Below, one piece after another: positions 48,989 to 61,765 of a stretch of DNA of 64,000 bases; the first letter of the stretch is position 1, and every line of letters starts with the position of its first letter. The notes under the pieces are model-generated. The model did not search any database. It was not told where the DNA came from and was given only the letters and a program-made list of their open reading frames with translations. The DNA comes from Glycera tridactyla (taxonomy: Eukaryota), in assembly GCA_965644265.1 (NCBI GenBank), contig OZ286460.1, positions 98,952,001 through 99,016,000 on the forward strand. Direction: 5' to 3'. Position numbers and translations under genes: made by a program.

Positions 48989-51186
48989 AATTGGGGAATG
49001 TTATCTATCAATTGTTTCAGCTTGCTGTTGATGCTTAAATCCATATGGATATGTTATACATATGGAATTCATCAACCCGTCAGTAAAGCGTTCTTGTCTT
49101 TGCATGGTTTATATGAAAACAGGACCAATTCTTAACATCAGGTTCACAAACAATGCATGTATAAGGGGGAGGAGGAAGAGGGGGAATAAGCAAGTGAGTG
49201 CGAGACGACCAAATTGCTGGAATATTCCAACATAAAGTTGCTCATCCTCAACCATATCATACAATTAGAAATTATTCAGATTAGTGGTTAATAATGTAGG
49301 GAAATATGTAGCAGAAAGGACTCCATTTCACATTTTATAACTCATGCATGAACATTAGTAAAGCTATCACTCAACTCCTTGTTCAGTGACTGATTATCGC
49401 AACTTTTTATGGAATCAAGACAAAAACAGCTCTCCGTAAGTGATGTTCAAGAGTCCAGTAATATGGGTCAGCACTGTATTTGTGCACATGAACATTTGCC
49501 GGGTGTCAACAGTTCCGTCAGGGTCTAGAACCTCGGTGGTCTTAACATATCAAAGTATTCTCATACACACCTCATGGACAGTGTATATGATTTCATGCCA
49601 TGCAGTAAAAAGGGAGTCCACATTAAAATGCATCTGTAATGTGGGCCCTGGGTGAGAATGACAAATAACTTCCATGTTAGTTGCAATGGATTACATATTG
49701 GAGCAAAGACTACACACACTGGGGCAACTTCCATATCATAATAATTACCTCTCCAGCTCAGACATTATGGAAGCCCTGTTGCCGAAAAAAAATCATTAGC
49801 AGAAGAAAGAATATACTTGTATTTTCACTCATACACTTTCTCTTCATCTTTTATGCAGGAACTTTTGTGAATGAGGATGACTCGGGATTGAACTCACTTC
49901 ATGCACACCTGTGCTCACTGAACCAACTTGATCAACCAAGATGACCAAGTTTTCCAATATGCAGTCAACCTGGTTAATATCTCATTTTTCTTATCGTTAT
50001 CTGAGATTCATCTCATACCAGATGCTCTGCTTTCTCAAATATCTTTTTTCAAGTAGTAGTATCACCTTGAGACACTTTGTGCCTTTTAGAGTGAAAATTC
50101 ATGAAATTTTAAGAGTCACGCCAGTGGAGATCAGAATCTAATCGACGTTGAAGGTCAAAGGATGCCTTATCACTTGGAATTAGTGGGTTGAAACCTAAAA
50201 GCTGCAAATGACATTCTCTACCTGTCTGCGTTACTATCACCCACAAAGTATCGCTATATATTACTCATTCTAAATTCACATCTTCAGCTTCTTCAAACAA
50301 CACATTAGAGTGAGTATTCGATGCTTTATGCAGAGAAAATGGCAAACAGAACATAGCAAACTCAGCTCAAACATGCTGAAACCCTATTTCTGCATACTGT
50401 TCGACTTTTGGTGAGGGTTGATTATATCTATTGATATAATATCTGATTGGATGTACGTATAATTTCCAACATCCCATCATCCCATAAGCACAAGCAAACA
50501 CCCAAAGCTATCCATGGCACTCCCCATGAATCACATATTGAATTTTGCCTTTGAATTATTGCATGACTGAAACTGAGCAAAAATAACGGCATACATCCAG
50601 GAAATGATACTGATACAACCTTTGCAACCCTTTTCAAATACATCCTGATTCATCTATGTAACCGTAAATGGGAGAAAAATATTGAGAGGAGAAATCAAAC
50701 AGCAACAAGTTCTCAAATCTACCAAAGTAGCTATTGTAAGTTGCACTCCAACCATATGGCAACGTTGTGTCCATAGCGCACATTGCAGCCCTATTCTTTT
50801 TAAAGTACTTACTGCATATGCGATAACCGTATATCAGTTGGGAGCCTTATGGAAGTCTCATCCTTCCCATCCTTTGATGGCCTGTATACAATGTGTACCA
50901 TCATTCTCAAAATCTCTCTCAATGAAGTTCAAAGGGCATGCTGCTTTCTTAGTACGTTGAATTTCAGCTTGGAGAATTTGCATCTACGAGCAAGGGGGCC
51001 AGTTGCAGCAAACATCCATGTTCATTCACTAACCTTACATGATAGAAATGGGGTCCCTGTCATTTATTACACATGTAGGATGTGGAATGCTTGGTAAGGA
51101 TTTGGTGAATGGATTTTTTGTACACTGAACTGAAAACCCTGCTGGATATATATACATACACAGGCGAACACCAATACCCACCCACC

Positions 51187-51320
51187 NNNNNNNNNNNNNN
51201 NNNNNNNNNNNNNNNNNNNNNNNNNNNNNNNNNNNNNNNNNNNNNNNNNNNNNNNNNNNNNNNNNNNNNNNNNNNNNNNNNNNNNNNNNNNNNNNNNNNN
51301 NNNNNNNNNNNNNNNNNNNT
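51187..51320. other. Assembly gap (N)
   Basis: N run. Confidence 1.
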
Positions 51321-51853
51321 GTGTTCATAAAAATGCGATACTTCTGACTCCTTTTTTTTAAATTGCTCCTAAATGACATAGTCACCAAATGATGGCAACT
51401 CTATCGAAGATTGAATCTCACTGTCTTCATGTTTCAGAACGAACTTTTCGAAGAACGTGGTAATCATCCTTTGGAGCAATCAACTAATATCATCTGTATT
51501 TTGGATTTTCTGGAAATATTGTTCAATTCTCAGAAGATATGACTAAACAAGATCACCCATTTTATTACCAAAAAACTAACATGGACGATACTCAGATTTC
51601 TATACTAATATACCTGTACATAATTCTACATACACAGATACCAACAGAAATATAAATTCAGTGTCTATTGGTCCCAGTGATCACGAAGCATGCTGTTCAA
51701 ACTTCTCTCATATCTGCTCCACTAACTCTATGTCAAACTAGATGTATTGTAAAAATTAAACAGCATACATTATATACCAGCAAGAATAATTTCAGCCTAC
51801 AGAGCACTGCAACTAATATTTGTAACTATGAGAATTTATGAGAAAGTACTGAC

Positions 51854-51935
51854 CTTTGGACGAATGTGGAACTGCTGGTCCCCAATGCATACAGGGCATT
51901 CAGGACACGGTAACAGCAGAGTTGGATATCACCAA
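51854..51935 (-). CDS. RyR: RyR exon 8 (V)GDIQLCCYRVLNALYALGTSSSTFVQ(R)
   Basis: 82 nt, phase 1-2, AG|gtcagt. Confidence 0.96.
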
Positions 51936-52731
51936 CTACAAACAGAAAGACACACCAAATTAAAAACTATCACATGTGTTGCCTCAACTTTCGATACTCA
52001 CAATTTCAATATTCCAAATCATTTAGAAAATTGGTTTTTGAACATTCATCAAGAACGGTCAATAATCTTTCAATTTCTGATGATTCTTCTTTATTATTTG
52101 TAAAATATCACATGCATGGGCATACCTTCTCTCGTTACCAAACCTGGGGTGGAATAAATGGTATTTAACAAGGAAAAGGTAACATAGAAACTTTCTTGGG
52201 AGAATGTTTCACAGGAGGTGCAGTCAGATTAGAAAGAATGACATCTGTATATCCGACCACCCATTTTCTGTGAAAGTGTTCATCAGCATTTCATCAAAAA
52301 CCACAATGACAGAAAATCCCTACACACCCTTGCAAGACAGCCAGTTAGACATCACGGAAATATCCATGTTGCTGAATCAAAAATAGGATTCGCAAAGTGA
52401 TTTTAATACAGGGGATACAATCTCATAGATAATGGTGTTCTGATTTCATGCATGACCCCAAAACAAATGTGAATGTGACCATCCTCAAAATGATCATGAG
52501 AAAAAAGATGACACCACAACCATCAAGCACAATAACTAGATCAGTAGAACCGTGAACAACCGCAGCAGAGTTAGGCAGGTCATCGCTGAAATACCACCTC
52601 AGGGTTTCGGGCACTTTAAATCTCAGACCCCTGAAGAAGGGAGACCTGGCGGCCCAGCTAAGATTGAAGGAATCTTGACTCCTGTCCAACTCCAACCACA
52701 GCTCCTGGAAGACAGCCTCAAAATGACTTAC

Positions 52732-52970
52732 CAAGGAGTTCTGATCCAAATCGGTTGCGTCCCAAATGTTCAAACATGGATGTCATAACAGGTAACAGTA
52801 CCATATGGACATAGTTGAGACTTGTCGCACCACGCACTATAGTTCCTTTCACGTGACTGAACCGACCAATCTTGAGATTGCTGACTGTTTGTGTGAGATC
52901 ATCAGCGGCATGATTGAAGAGGGGTAACAATGACCCACGCACAATCTCCGGACTGTTACGCACCACCGCT
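52732..52970 (-). CDS. RyR: RyR exon 7 (R)AVVRNSPEIVRGSLLPLFNHAADDL...FGSELL
   Basis: 239 nt, phase 2-1, G|gtaagt. Confidence 0.96.
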
Positions 52971-53191
52971 CTGTGAGGCAAGACAAAGTTGGAGTGAAAA
53001 GACACAACTTTCATGTGGTAAAACTGACAAGAGCAGGCAATAAATCATAAACAATATTTACTTTCTTTTCAGTAATAGTGGATAGGGAATGGTTCCTCTC
53101 TGAAATAAACTTTTTTTTGGGAGAGATTCGTATTGATCACCCACAGCCATTTATGATGTTATCCACACACACACAACACACACAGACAAAC

Positions 53192-53607
53192 ATGGCGGGT
53201 AAGTTTCGCACACTAAGTTCGCCATTTCTTGTCCAATTTGAGTTCTAATGGCATGAATGAATTATATAGGTCTCTCAGCGATTGTCAAACCCTAATTTGA
53301 ATACTCTGCTTGCATTTGAAGAGGAGGCGCCATTGTTTTTTTTCCCATTTTTACAGCAAATTTGGCGGCATTAACGACCGGTCTTCCTTATGTGAAACAA
53401 TGGAGATATGGCCACGGCTTAAGCTGTAGTGTGGAATCAACATATCTGGCTTGCTGGGGTGAGTTTCAGATAAACCAATGCAAATTGACAATGCTAACGT
53501 ATATTTAACTTGACTGACTTCACCCATTATGACCACTGAGGGTGGTATGTGATGGGGAAAGATTTGGTTGTGCAGCAGTTAAGGTTACTGGAAGCATGTT
53601 GCTGGCT
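53192..53607 (+). CDS. Candidate nested antisense spliced mini-gene (exons 53192-53198, 53357-53458, 53576-53607+), product unknown
   Basis: aaacATGGCGG|gtaagt; tttttacag|..TGGG|gtgagt; tgtgcag|..GCT|gtaagt; open and phase-compatible. Confidence 0.35.
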
Positions 53608-53944
53608 GTAAGTGCCTCATTCAGGACTCAGGGTTCCAACCTCCATGAGAAACAAAAAAAATTAAAGTTGATACATGTATGGATGTGTTGCTTGTGCATC
53701 AAGTCTGCATGAATGAAATAAGCCAGTATGTATGTGTGTGTGTGTGTGATGTACACATATGGATGTGTAACTAAGCCTGCCATATAAGGGCACATATTCG
53801 ATGAAACAAAGCCAGAATTCGTACATATCAAGCTTTTAACTGATTTCACACTCATATATATAATCAACATTCTTGAAACCATCACCCACTGGCTAATACC
53901 AAAGTTATATTACCTCCCAACTTTGAAAACATTGTCATACTTAC

Positions 53945-54055
53945 CTGGCATCAATTGCTTGTACAAGAGTCTGAAGACATCGCACAGATATCTGTACATC
54001 ATGACCAAATGCTGTGATCCGCTGCCTCAACAACAAGGCTAATTTGCTGAACAAG
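53945..54055 (-). CDS. RyR: RyR exon 6 (C)[36 protein letters not shown](R)
   Basis: 111 nt, phase 2-2, AG|gtaagt. Confidence 0.96.
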
Positions 54056-54288
54056 CTGGAAAAAACAAATTACCAATTCATGAAGAATTTATTTTGTGCA
54101 AAATGACATCCCTCTCATCACAATGATTTTTCATTCTTACATGAATCACATCAATTCAAAAGATTTGGGAATCAACTTTTATGAAAAAATGTAGCATGTT
54201 GATTCCACCATTATCTGACAACCAGTGACTAATATGGACAGATCCATAAATTCAAAATAAAAAGAAGACTTTTTAGAAGTGGATGTAA

Positions 54289-54858
54289 GTAGTGAGCAGC
54301 ATGTTCACTTCCACTAACTGGAGTTGAATGTTTGCCTGATGTAGTAGGCAGCATGGTCCGTTCCACTAACTGAAATTGAATGTTTGCCTGATGTAGTGAG
54401 CAGCATGTTCAGTTCCACTACCTGAAGTTGAATGTTTGCCTGACGTAGTGAGCAGCATGTTCAGTTCCACTACCTGGAGTTGCAGGTTTGCCTGATGTAG
54501 TGAGTAGCATGTTTAGTTCCACCAATGGAAGTCGGATATTTGTGTGATGTAGTGAGTAGCATGTATAGTTCAACTAAATGAAATTGGATGTTTGCCTGAT
54601 GAAGTGAGCAGCATGTTCAGTTCCACTAACTGAAGTTGGATATTTGCTTGATGAGGTGAGCAGCATGTCCAGTTCCACAAACTGAAGTTGAAGGTTTGCC
54701 TGATGTAGTGAGCAGCATGTTCAGTTCCACAAACTGAAGTTGAAGGTTTGCCTGATGTAGTGAGCAGCATGTTCAGTTTCATCAACTGAAGTTGAAGGTT
54801 TGCCTGATGTAGTGAGCAGCATGTCCAGTTCCACTAACTGAAGTTGAAGGTTTGCCTA
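54289..54858. repeat. 52-bp minisatellite, about 11 copies
   Basis: gtagtgagcagcatgttcagttccactaactgaagttgaatgtttgcctgat starting at 54289, 54341, 54393 ... 54809. Confidence 0.95.
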
Positions 54859-55008
54859 ATCCCTAACAAATATTGTTTGTGTGATAACAAATTTTGATAC
54901 AAATTTGAAGAAAGTTAAGATCAAGTTAACTCTGCTGCTGCTGCCGCTGCTTTTTCTCCCATGATAATGTTCATGCTTAGAACAAAGCGGATGAAAGAAG
55001 GCACTTAC

Positions 55009-55124
55009 CATGTTGTCATCTCCTTCTCTTTCACTGAGGCACTACCTGACCCTGGGAGGCTTGGATTGGTGATGAAGTAACTCTTGTGTGCTCGGAAGTA
55101 ACGTTCAACCAATGGCAACACAAC
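55009..55124 (-). CDS. RyR: RyR exon 5 VVLPLVERYFRAHKSYFITNPSLPGSGSASVKEKEMTT(C)
   Basis: 116 nt, phase 0-2, TG|gtaagt. Confidence 0.96.
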
Positions 55125-55516
55125 CTATTAATATAAGAATACATTATCTTGGATACAGCTGAATTCCAGTTTGGTGGTTTATATAAAGAATCAGATTCCT
55201 CATCAAGCAATCACACTGGAAATTTGAAAAACAGTTTTCAAGCGAAAAAATCTGAGGCAAATGTACCTCATCAAATTCTACACCACATCCTACGTCATTC
55301 ATGTCATATACGAGCCCTTTTTGCCTGGATCATATACTGCAGATAATTCCTCCAATAGGCATTAGATTCCTGCATATCTTATCTATCGTCTCAATATGCA
55401 ATACATTTTGAGTATCATAATTGGGTAGCAATTTTTTTCTGGTTCTTGAATGAGTGACCGCTTTGAAGGGTCTTGAGCTATCTCAAGAAAAAGGTTCGAA
55501 AAGACATTACGGTGCA

Positions 55517-55601
55517 GTCCACATGGCTCAGCATATGAGACAATTTGCTCCTTCACAGGCTAGGCAGTTGGTGACATCCTGGAGATCCAGGTTCAAGTCC
55601 A
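55517..55601 (+). mobile_element. Degenerate tRNA-derived SINE head
   Basis: A-box-like tggctcagc and B-box ggttcaagtcc. Confidence 0.4.
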
Positions 55602-55764
55602 AAAGAAATTGGATGATGTCTGAGAATATAATTTTTGCATTGGAATGGTGTATTGTGAAACATAGTTCCATTCTAACAATACTGAACGGTCACGATATGT
55701 TTGTATAACTTGTATAAAGTGTACCATGTTGAGTAAGATGAACATTTCTTATCTTAATACATAC

Positions 55765-56011
55765 CTTTCCAAAGAATTTGACATCCTCGGTTGCAGTTGA
55801 ATAGCTGAGTCTCCTACTGTAGCGAGTAGCAGGGCGAGTCTGCTTCATGTTCAATGCAGCTTTGTCGACGTACTCGAGTAGCTTCTCCAGCAGGCTGTAG
55901 GCAAATCTTTTCTCCATGCTCGACACACCTACACCACTATCTGTTTCCGAATCTTTGCTCTGCCGAGATATAGGCTCCTTCTTCGTGCTCATACCATGAC
56001 GTGCAGCACTA
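55765..56011 (-). CDS. RyR: RyR exon 4 SAARHG...EKRFAYSLLEKLLEYVD...SRRLSYSTATEDVKFFGK
   Basis: 247 nt, phase 2-0, AAG|gtatgt. Confidence 0.96.
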
Positions 56012-56456
56012 CTGCAAACAAAATGTTGGAAGTGTGAGTACAAAGTCTTTGGGTCTGTTACCACTCCTTCCCATTGGGGGACTATCTTCACTGTATGACT
56101 GTTGACAATTTGCGGAAATATCACTGAATTAATCTTTGCCCCTCAATTCGTCATCCTAGTGCTCCACATCGCCTTTTTTCTTGACTTTTTTCTTCAGCTG
56201 TCCTTTGGGCGGCTGTCAAACTCCATGCTTCCACATGCCCACAAGAGTGGGAGAGTGGTGTGTCTTTGTTATTCAAGTACAATTCATGCAGAATGGTAGT
56301 AAAGACTGAACTCACACAATACAAATTCAAAAATTTCTGAAAGGGGGCCATTAACCACCCAAACATAGGATGTTCATACTGAAATGTGATATGATTCATA
56401 ACTGAAAGAAACAAAGCTACTGAAAATGTAAGAGATAAAATCACTGCTAAAGAGAA

Positions 56457-56888
56457 NNNNNNNNNNNNNNNNNNNNNNNNNNNNNNNNNNNNNNNNNNNN
56501 NNNNNNNNNNNNNNNNNNNNNNNNNNNNNNNNNNNNNNNNNNNNNNNNNNNNNNNNNNNNNNNNNNNNNNNNNNNNNNNNNNNNNNNNNNNNNNNNNNNN
56601 NNNNNNNNNNNNNNNNNNNNNNNNNNNNNNNNNNNNNNNNNNNNNNNNNNNNNNNNNNNNNNNNNNNNNNNNNNNNNNNNNNNNNNNNNNNNNNNNNNNN
56701 NNNNNNNNNNNNNNNNNNNNNNNNNNNNNNNNNNNNNNNNNNNNNNNNNNNNNNNNNNNNNNNNNNNNNNNNNNNNNNNNNNNNNNNNNNNNNNNNNNNN
56801 NNNNNNNNNNNNNNNNNNNNNNNNNNNNNNNNNNNNNNNNNNNNNNNNNNNNNNNNNNNNNNNNNNNNNNNNNNNNNNNNNNNNNNNN
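56457..56888. other. Assembly gap (N)
   Basis: N run. Confidence 1.
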
Positions 56889-57651
56889 GGGTAGGGGACA
56901 AGAGCGTCGGCAGTTTGTTGCTGGCGAGGGTGCCAAACTGGAAGGTTGATGGTTCAAATCCCATACAAGCCAAAAAATAATTTGGGCATTTGGAACACAT
57001 TTCATGGACCTGTTGCCAGTACAATCTGGAAATATGTCTCTGACATGATTTCTATCACTAAAAAAATGTGTGTGAATGTGAGTGCCAGGTTTCGTGATAC
57101 ATTGACCTCTGGGGGTAACACACTGCCAGCGCTCTGGCTTAACTGCGTCCATTGCAGATCCATTCCAGTGGATCGGCCGTGGGGTAGGGGACAAGAGCGT
57201 CGGCAGTTTGTTGCTGGCGAGGGTGCCAAACTGGAAGGTTGATGGTTCAAATCCCATACAAGCCAAAAAATAATTTGGGCATTTGGAACACATTTCATGG
57301 ACCTGTTGCCAGTACAATCTGGAAATATGTCTCTGACATGATTTCTATCACTAAAAAAATGTGTGTGAATGTGAGTGCCAGGTTTCGTGATACATTGACC
57401 TCTGGGGGTAACACACTGCCAGCGCTCTGGCTTAACTGCGTCCATTGCAGATCCATTCCAGTGGATCGGCCGTGGGGTAGGGGACAAGAGCGTCGGCAGT
57501 TTGTTGCTGGCGAGGGTGCCAAACTGGAAGGTTGATGGTTCAAATCCCATACAAGCCAAAAAATAATTTGGGCATTTGGAACACATTTCATGGACCTGTT
57601 GCCAGTACAATCTGGAAATATGTCTCTGACATGATTTCTATCACTAAAAAA

Positions 57652-57714
<63 letters not shown>
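56889..57714. repeat. 293-bp tandem repeat (at least 2.6 apparently identical copies) with a tRNA-SINE-like B box, ending in (TG)n at 57653-57714
   Basis: ggggtaggggacaag at 57181 and 57474; ggttcaaatccc in each unit. Confidence 0.9.
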
Positions 57715-57716
<2 letters not shown>

Positions 57717-57797
57717 CAAAAGCACAGAATCATCAAGTTGTATGATTCAAATACTATATCATACAGAAGCATCAATATGAACTATAACATTTCTTAC

Positions 57798-57921
57798 CTG
57801 TGCACCCGGAAACCACTCATCTGGAGATATCGCAGCAGATCTTGTGCACGGTCACGATCCTTCCGCCGCTCACGATCAGTCAGAGTGGTGTAAGCACAAA
57901 GCTGAGGGTGAATACCTCCAC
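57798..57921 (-). CDS. RyR: RyR exon 3 (G)GGIHPQLCAYTTLTDRERRKDRDRAQDLLRYLQMSGFRVH
   Basis: 124 nt, phase 1-2; RyR repeat 4. Confidence 0.97.
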
Positions 57922-58931
57922 CTGTCAAAACAGAATTTGAAAACTTTTCAGATGATGCAATTATACATTCGTTCAACGCCTAGAACATCTTGAATTTGTA
58001 TTTGAATTGGAATTTGGAACCTTATTTTCAACCTACTGGTTAGGTCTGAAAAACTATATTCTTCCCATTTGTGTCCAAAAACAAACATTTTCACAGAGAT
58101 ACATAAGTAGACAAGTACAAACATCAGAGTATTATACCATGAGTCAGGTTGGTTCAGGAGAGGAGTTGCGGGGCACCACTTCAAGACCTGTGCCCAATAC
58201 GGACCGCAGGAGCCAGTGGCTAATGGAGGAATGTGGATGCATTTTGAAATCATCAACCAAGGATCTTTTACTGTGAGTAACATGATATTTCCTGTCCCTC
58301 AAGATATGATTATATACATGTATGAATGGATACAGGAAATGAGTTTGTTGGTGAGTTGGTGAGTGAGTGGAACCATTCTTGCATACACTGTTTTATAATT
58401 AGACATCTCTCTATAGGAGAGTTGATTCTCTTCCACATAACACACTTATTTATTATGGTGAGTCAATACATGATTCACCACTACTAAAGACTGTATACAT
58501 GGCACACCCATATATCACCTGAGTGACACTCATACCTTCTAATTAGGTATAATATTCAGTCATCACAGTGGCTACTGGCTATTTTAGCTACATGTTGGTC
58601 CACATGACTTGGAGTGTACCAATGATCAGAAAATAGCAGAAATTCTGCAGAACAAATAACCACACCAGCATAGTTTTATACTATATACCATGGCCTTATC
58701 TCAATAAATAATCGACTGGGTAGCTTCACTGCCCCTGAAGGCTTTTGACACCCTTTTCGATGTTTTCTAGTTTGCAAATGTCTTAAATATCAATCCAGTA
58801 GCAAGCACTTCTGACAAAGGAATTCCTCTTACAGAAAATCAGGATCATTCTAGGTACTTTAGCCAGGTCTAGGTCCATACAATTTTCCCCATGTTTAGTT
58901 GTATCTCCAGTAATTGATGATATATACATAC

Positions 58932-59007
58932 CAAGATGCTCAAGTTCTTCCTTCTTGCTCCTAGCCCACACATCATGAGTATTCTCAGCAATCTTCTCCG
59001 CCATATT
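58932..59007 (-). CDS. RyR: RyR exon 2 NMAEKIAENTHDVWARSKKEELEHL(G)
   Basis: 76 nt, phase 0-1; RyR repeat 4. Confidence 0.97.
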
Positions 59008-59553
59008 CTAGAAAATGAAGGGTCAGTTATAGAAGTGGCCTTCCTTGTCTAAACATGATGAAAACAGTGAGATTATGTTCCACCTACATATATATTGGAA
59101 GGTTGTATATCCATCAAATTGATCCAATCACAAAGGGTCCCTACATAATTATCTTACAACAAATCACATCATTCATCTCCAGCAGTCATGACAATAAATG
59201 AAATGAATTGATATGATGTGCATATCCTTCGAGTCCAATTTCACACAGCCATACACCACAATGCTAAGCCGGACCTCCAATGTGATATCCTTCTCGAGAG
59301 TGTGCACATCCCTATTCCTATTCACTTTTTGAGTATCATAACATTGCAAGTTTTGCCATATTTCCTAACAGTGGGAGCAGAAAAACACATCTTTACTGAT
59401 AACTATTATGAGCTACCATGAATTTGGCAATGCTCTCGAAGCCACAAGTCTCTGTCCTAGGAGATTTGAGCCGCAATGAAATAATGAAAGAGAGCTTGCG
59501 CCACTGCACATAGGAGATATGTTCGTTGTATTAAATGAAGAGCATACACTCAC

Positions 59554-59613
59554 CAAATTCTCTCTCGTCAGAGTAACGTTCCTGAGATCTGCCGGGCGTG
59601 GTGTGTAGTCACC
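59554..59613 (-). CDS. RyR: RyR exon 1 of this window GDYTPRPADLRNVTLTRENL
   Basis: 60 nt, cctttccag| ... TTG|gtgagt; matches RyR2 GYSPRAIDMSNVTLSRDL. Confidence 0.94.
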
Positions 59614-59638
59614 CTGGAAAGGAATTGATAACAAATTA

Positions 59639-59877
59639 NNNNNNNNNNNNNNNNNNNNNNNNNNNNNNNNNNNNNNNNNNNNNNNNNNNNNNNNNNNNNN
59701 NNNNNNNNNNNNNNNNNNNNNNNNNNNNNNNNNNNNNNNNNNNNNNNNNNNNNNNNNNNNNNNNNNNNNNNNNNNNNNNNNNNNNNNNNNNNNNNNNNNN
59801 NNNNNNNNNNNNNNNNNNNNNNNNNNNNNNNNNNNNNNNNNNNNNNNNNNNNNNNNNCACAACCTGTTATCCAAGAG
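59639..59877. other. Assembly gap (N); may hide an upstream RyR exon
   Basis: N run starting about 25 bp from the exon-1 acceptor. Confidence 1.
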
Positions 59878-61331
59878 AAACTTGATCTCAATATTTTGTC
59901 TACAATGGTTTTTCAAAAATAAAAGTTGAAATATAAATATTTGTCTGACCCTGTAACAACTGATAATTCATCTCCATCTCTGCAACATATATTATTTCCC
60001 AGTAACTAATCTGCTACACCAATGAATATGATCGATCTTCCTTCAAGGCTGGTTAACCTGGCTTTGAAATTCATAACTCAAAGTTTGAGTTTGAGGCTTT
60101 TATTGAATGTAATCACATCAAAATGAACTACTCTGAGTACTCTATCTAGGAGATACAATGTACATGTTAGGGACAGCATACTTTTAATAATGACTTCACA
60201 ATTCTTCACTGGGAAGAATCCATACACACAGTTACTTTTGGGAATTCTTTTTGAAAATTTCCCATGATTACTCATAGTTAAGAATGGCATATACAGACAC
60301 AGAAACGAGTGTGTGATAATATACCATGATGTGATTGTGGCAATCATATCAGTGTATATAACAAAATCGAGAATCCAGCAAATGTATGATGACCATCAGC
60401 TCAGCCAAAATCAATCAGTAGAAGCCTTCGCATTTGGAATCGACCATTTCATGCTAATGGCAAAAGCATTGATTAGACTCAACTCCTACTATCTATACCC
60501 CCTCCCTGCAAAAATAGCTTCGCAGCAAGTCATTTGAGCAAATTGCTCATTACATCTAATAAGCATGCTCACTAATTTCATCTGAGATCAAACAAATCTC
60601 AATATACCACTTCATTCATTAGTGATTTCTATGACTGACTAGTTTCTTCTACTTCAACGCAGTTCACTGCAAGGTTGACATTGGAATTGCATCATTAGTC
60701 TTAGCATCATGCGGTCACATTTGACAAGCCAACCATTTTGAGTGAAAAATGAATTCCTGTTGGAGCTGAATACAAGTGGAAACTCCCATCATTCAGGTAT
60801 TCTGATTTTATTATACCCCAAGGCCATTGATTCTCCAGATATGCATGTATTGTGAATTTAGGGATTTTGTCACAAGTAAAGTACAGATAATCTACGGCAA
60901 TAAGCTGATATTCAGTGAGGTCCATCAATATTTGCCAATTTCCCATTGCACAATGTCTCTGGATTGAGTGAAATTTGATAATGCTGAATTTGGTGTGCGC
61001 GACTGAACACTACAGTTATCACTTTTTTCTATTGTGAGGAAGCACTCAAAATTCAAGGCATATTAGTTAATCCCAGAGTCCAATCTAAGTTATAGGCAAT
61101 AGCTCAAAAAATTCATGTACTCAATGATGCTTGATCTGTAACTGAATAGCCCTGGTTAGTTTATAAGTGATCCACTCAATCTAATCAAGACTGGCCTACA
61201 TTTTCTTCTGACTCATGATGCACAATTCTCAACCAATTCCAGTGCAATCCATTCAAGAATCCCACTTTCAAATGAAGCAACACACTCTATCCAGCTATCC
61301 TCCTAGTACTCTCATATTACTACATTAATAC

Positions 61332-61765
61332 TACAGTTGGTAATGCCATTCCAATGGGATTCATGGGTTCAAGGTCGCCACCATCCTGATCATCATACTG
61401 AGTTTATGAAAAGCCATTTAAGAATGGGTGATTCCATATATTTCTGGTACCTCTGATCCTGCTATATTGATAGTACAGTCGGTAATAACATTCCACTAGG
61501 ATTCAATCCGGTCAAGGTTCATCACCAATTTGACAATAACACTGTGAGGGGGCCCACAGAGTTCACAGAAAGTCATCCAATAATCAGTGATTCCATATGA
61601 TTCTGGTACCTCGGATACTGCAACATTGATAGTACAGTCGGCAATACCATTCCATTGGGATTCATGGGTTCAAGGTCCACCACCATCCTGACCATTACAC
61701 TATGAGGGGACCACAGCATTCAAGAGAAGCCATCCAAGGATTGATGATTCCATATGATCATGTCC
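61332..61765. repeat. Three diverged tandem copies of a 142-159-bp unit
   Basis: tacagt(t/c)gg(t/c)aat..cattcca starts at 61332, 61474 and 61633. Confidence 0.8.

Larger units (their letters stand above)
1444..59613 (-). other. RyR: Ryanodine receptor gene, partial (33 exon positions, about 1416 aa, two alternative-exon clusters)
   Basis: Spliced translation contains RyR hallmark motifs: [128 protein letters not shown]. All exons are GT-AG and phase-compatible; the summed length of 4248 nt is a multiple of 3. Confidence 0.98.

Noticed and set aside
52423-52731. GC-rich coding-looking stretch beside exon 7; CTGAAGA suggested a hammerhead ribozyme or Penelope element
   Set aside because: There is no GAAA after the putative stem II, the ORFs have no recognisable homology, and no splice-compatible exon was found.
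54289-54858. Regular 52-bp repeat as a CRISPR array
   Set aside because: The units are contiguous with no unique spacers, the context is a eukaryotic intron, and there are no cas genes.
56151-57610. Long ORFs (388, 216 and 202 aa) and the X-containing ORFs at about 51035-51388 and 59413-59916
   Set aside because: They are open only because of N runs or the 293-bp repeat, apart from the 60-nt RyR exon embedded at 59554-59613.
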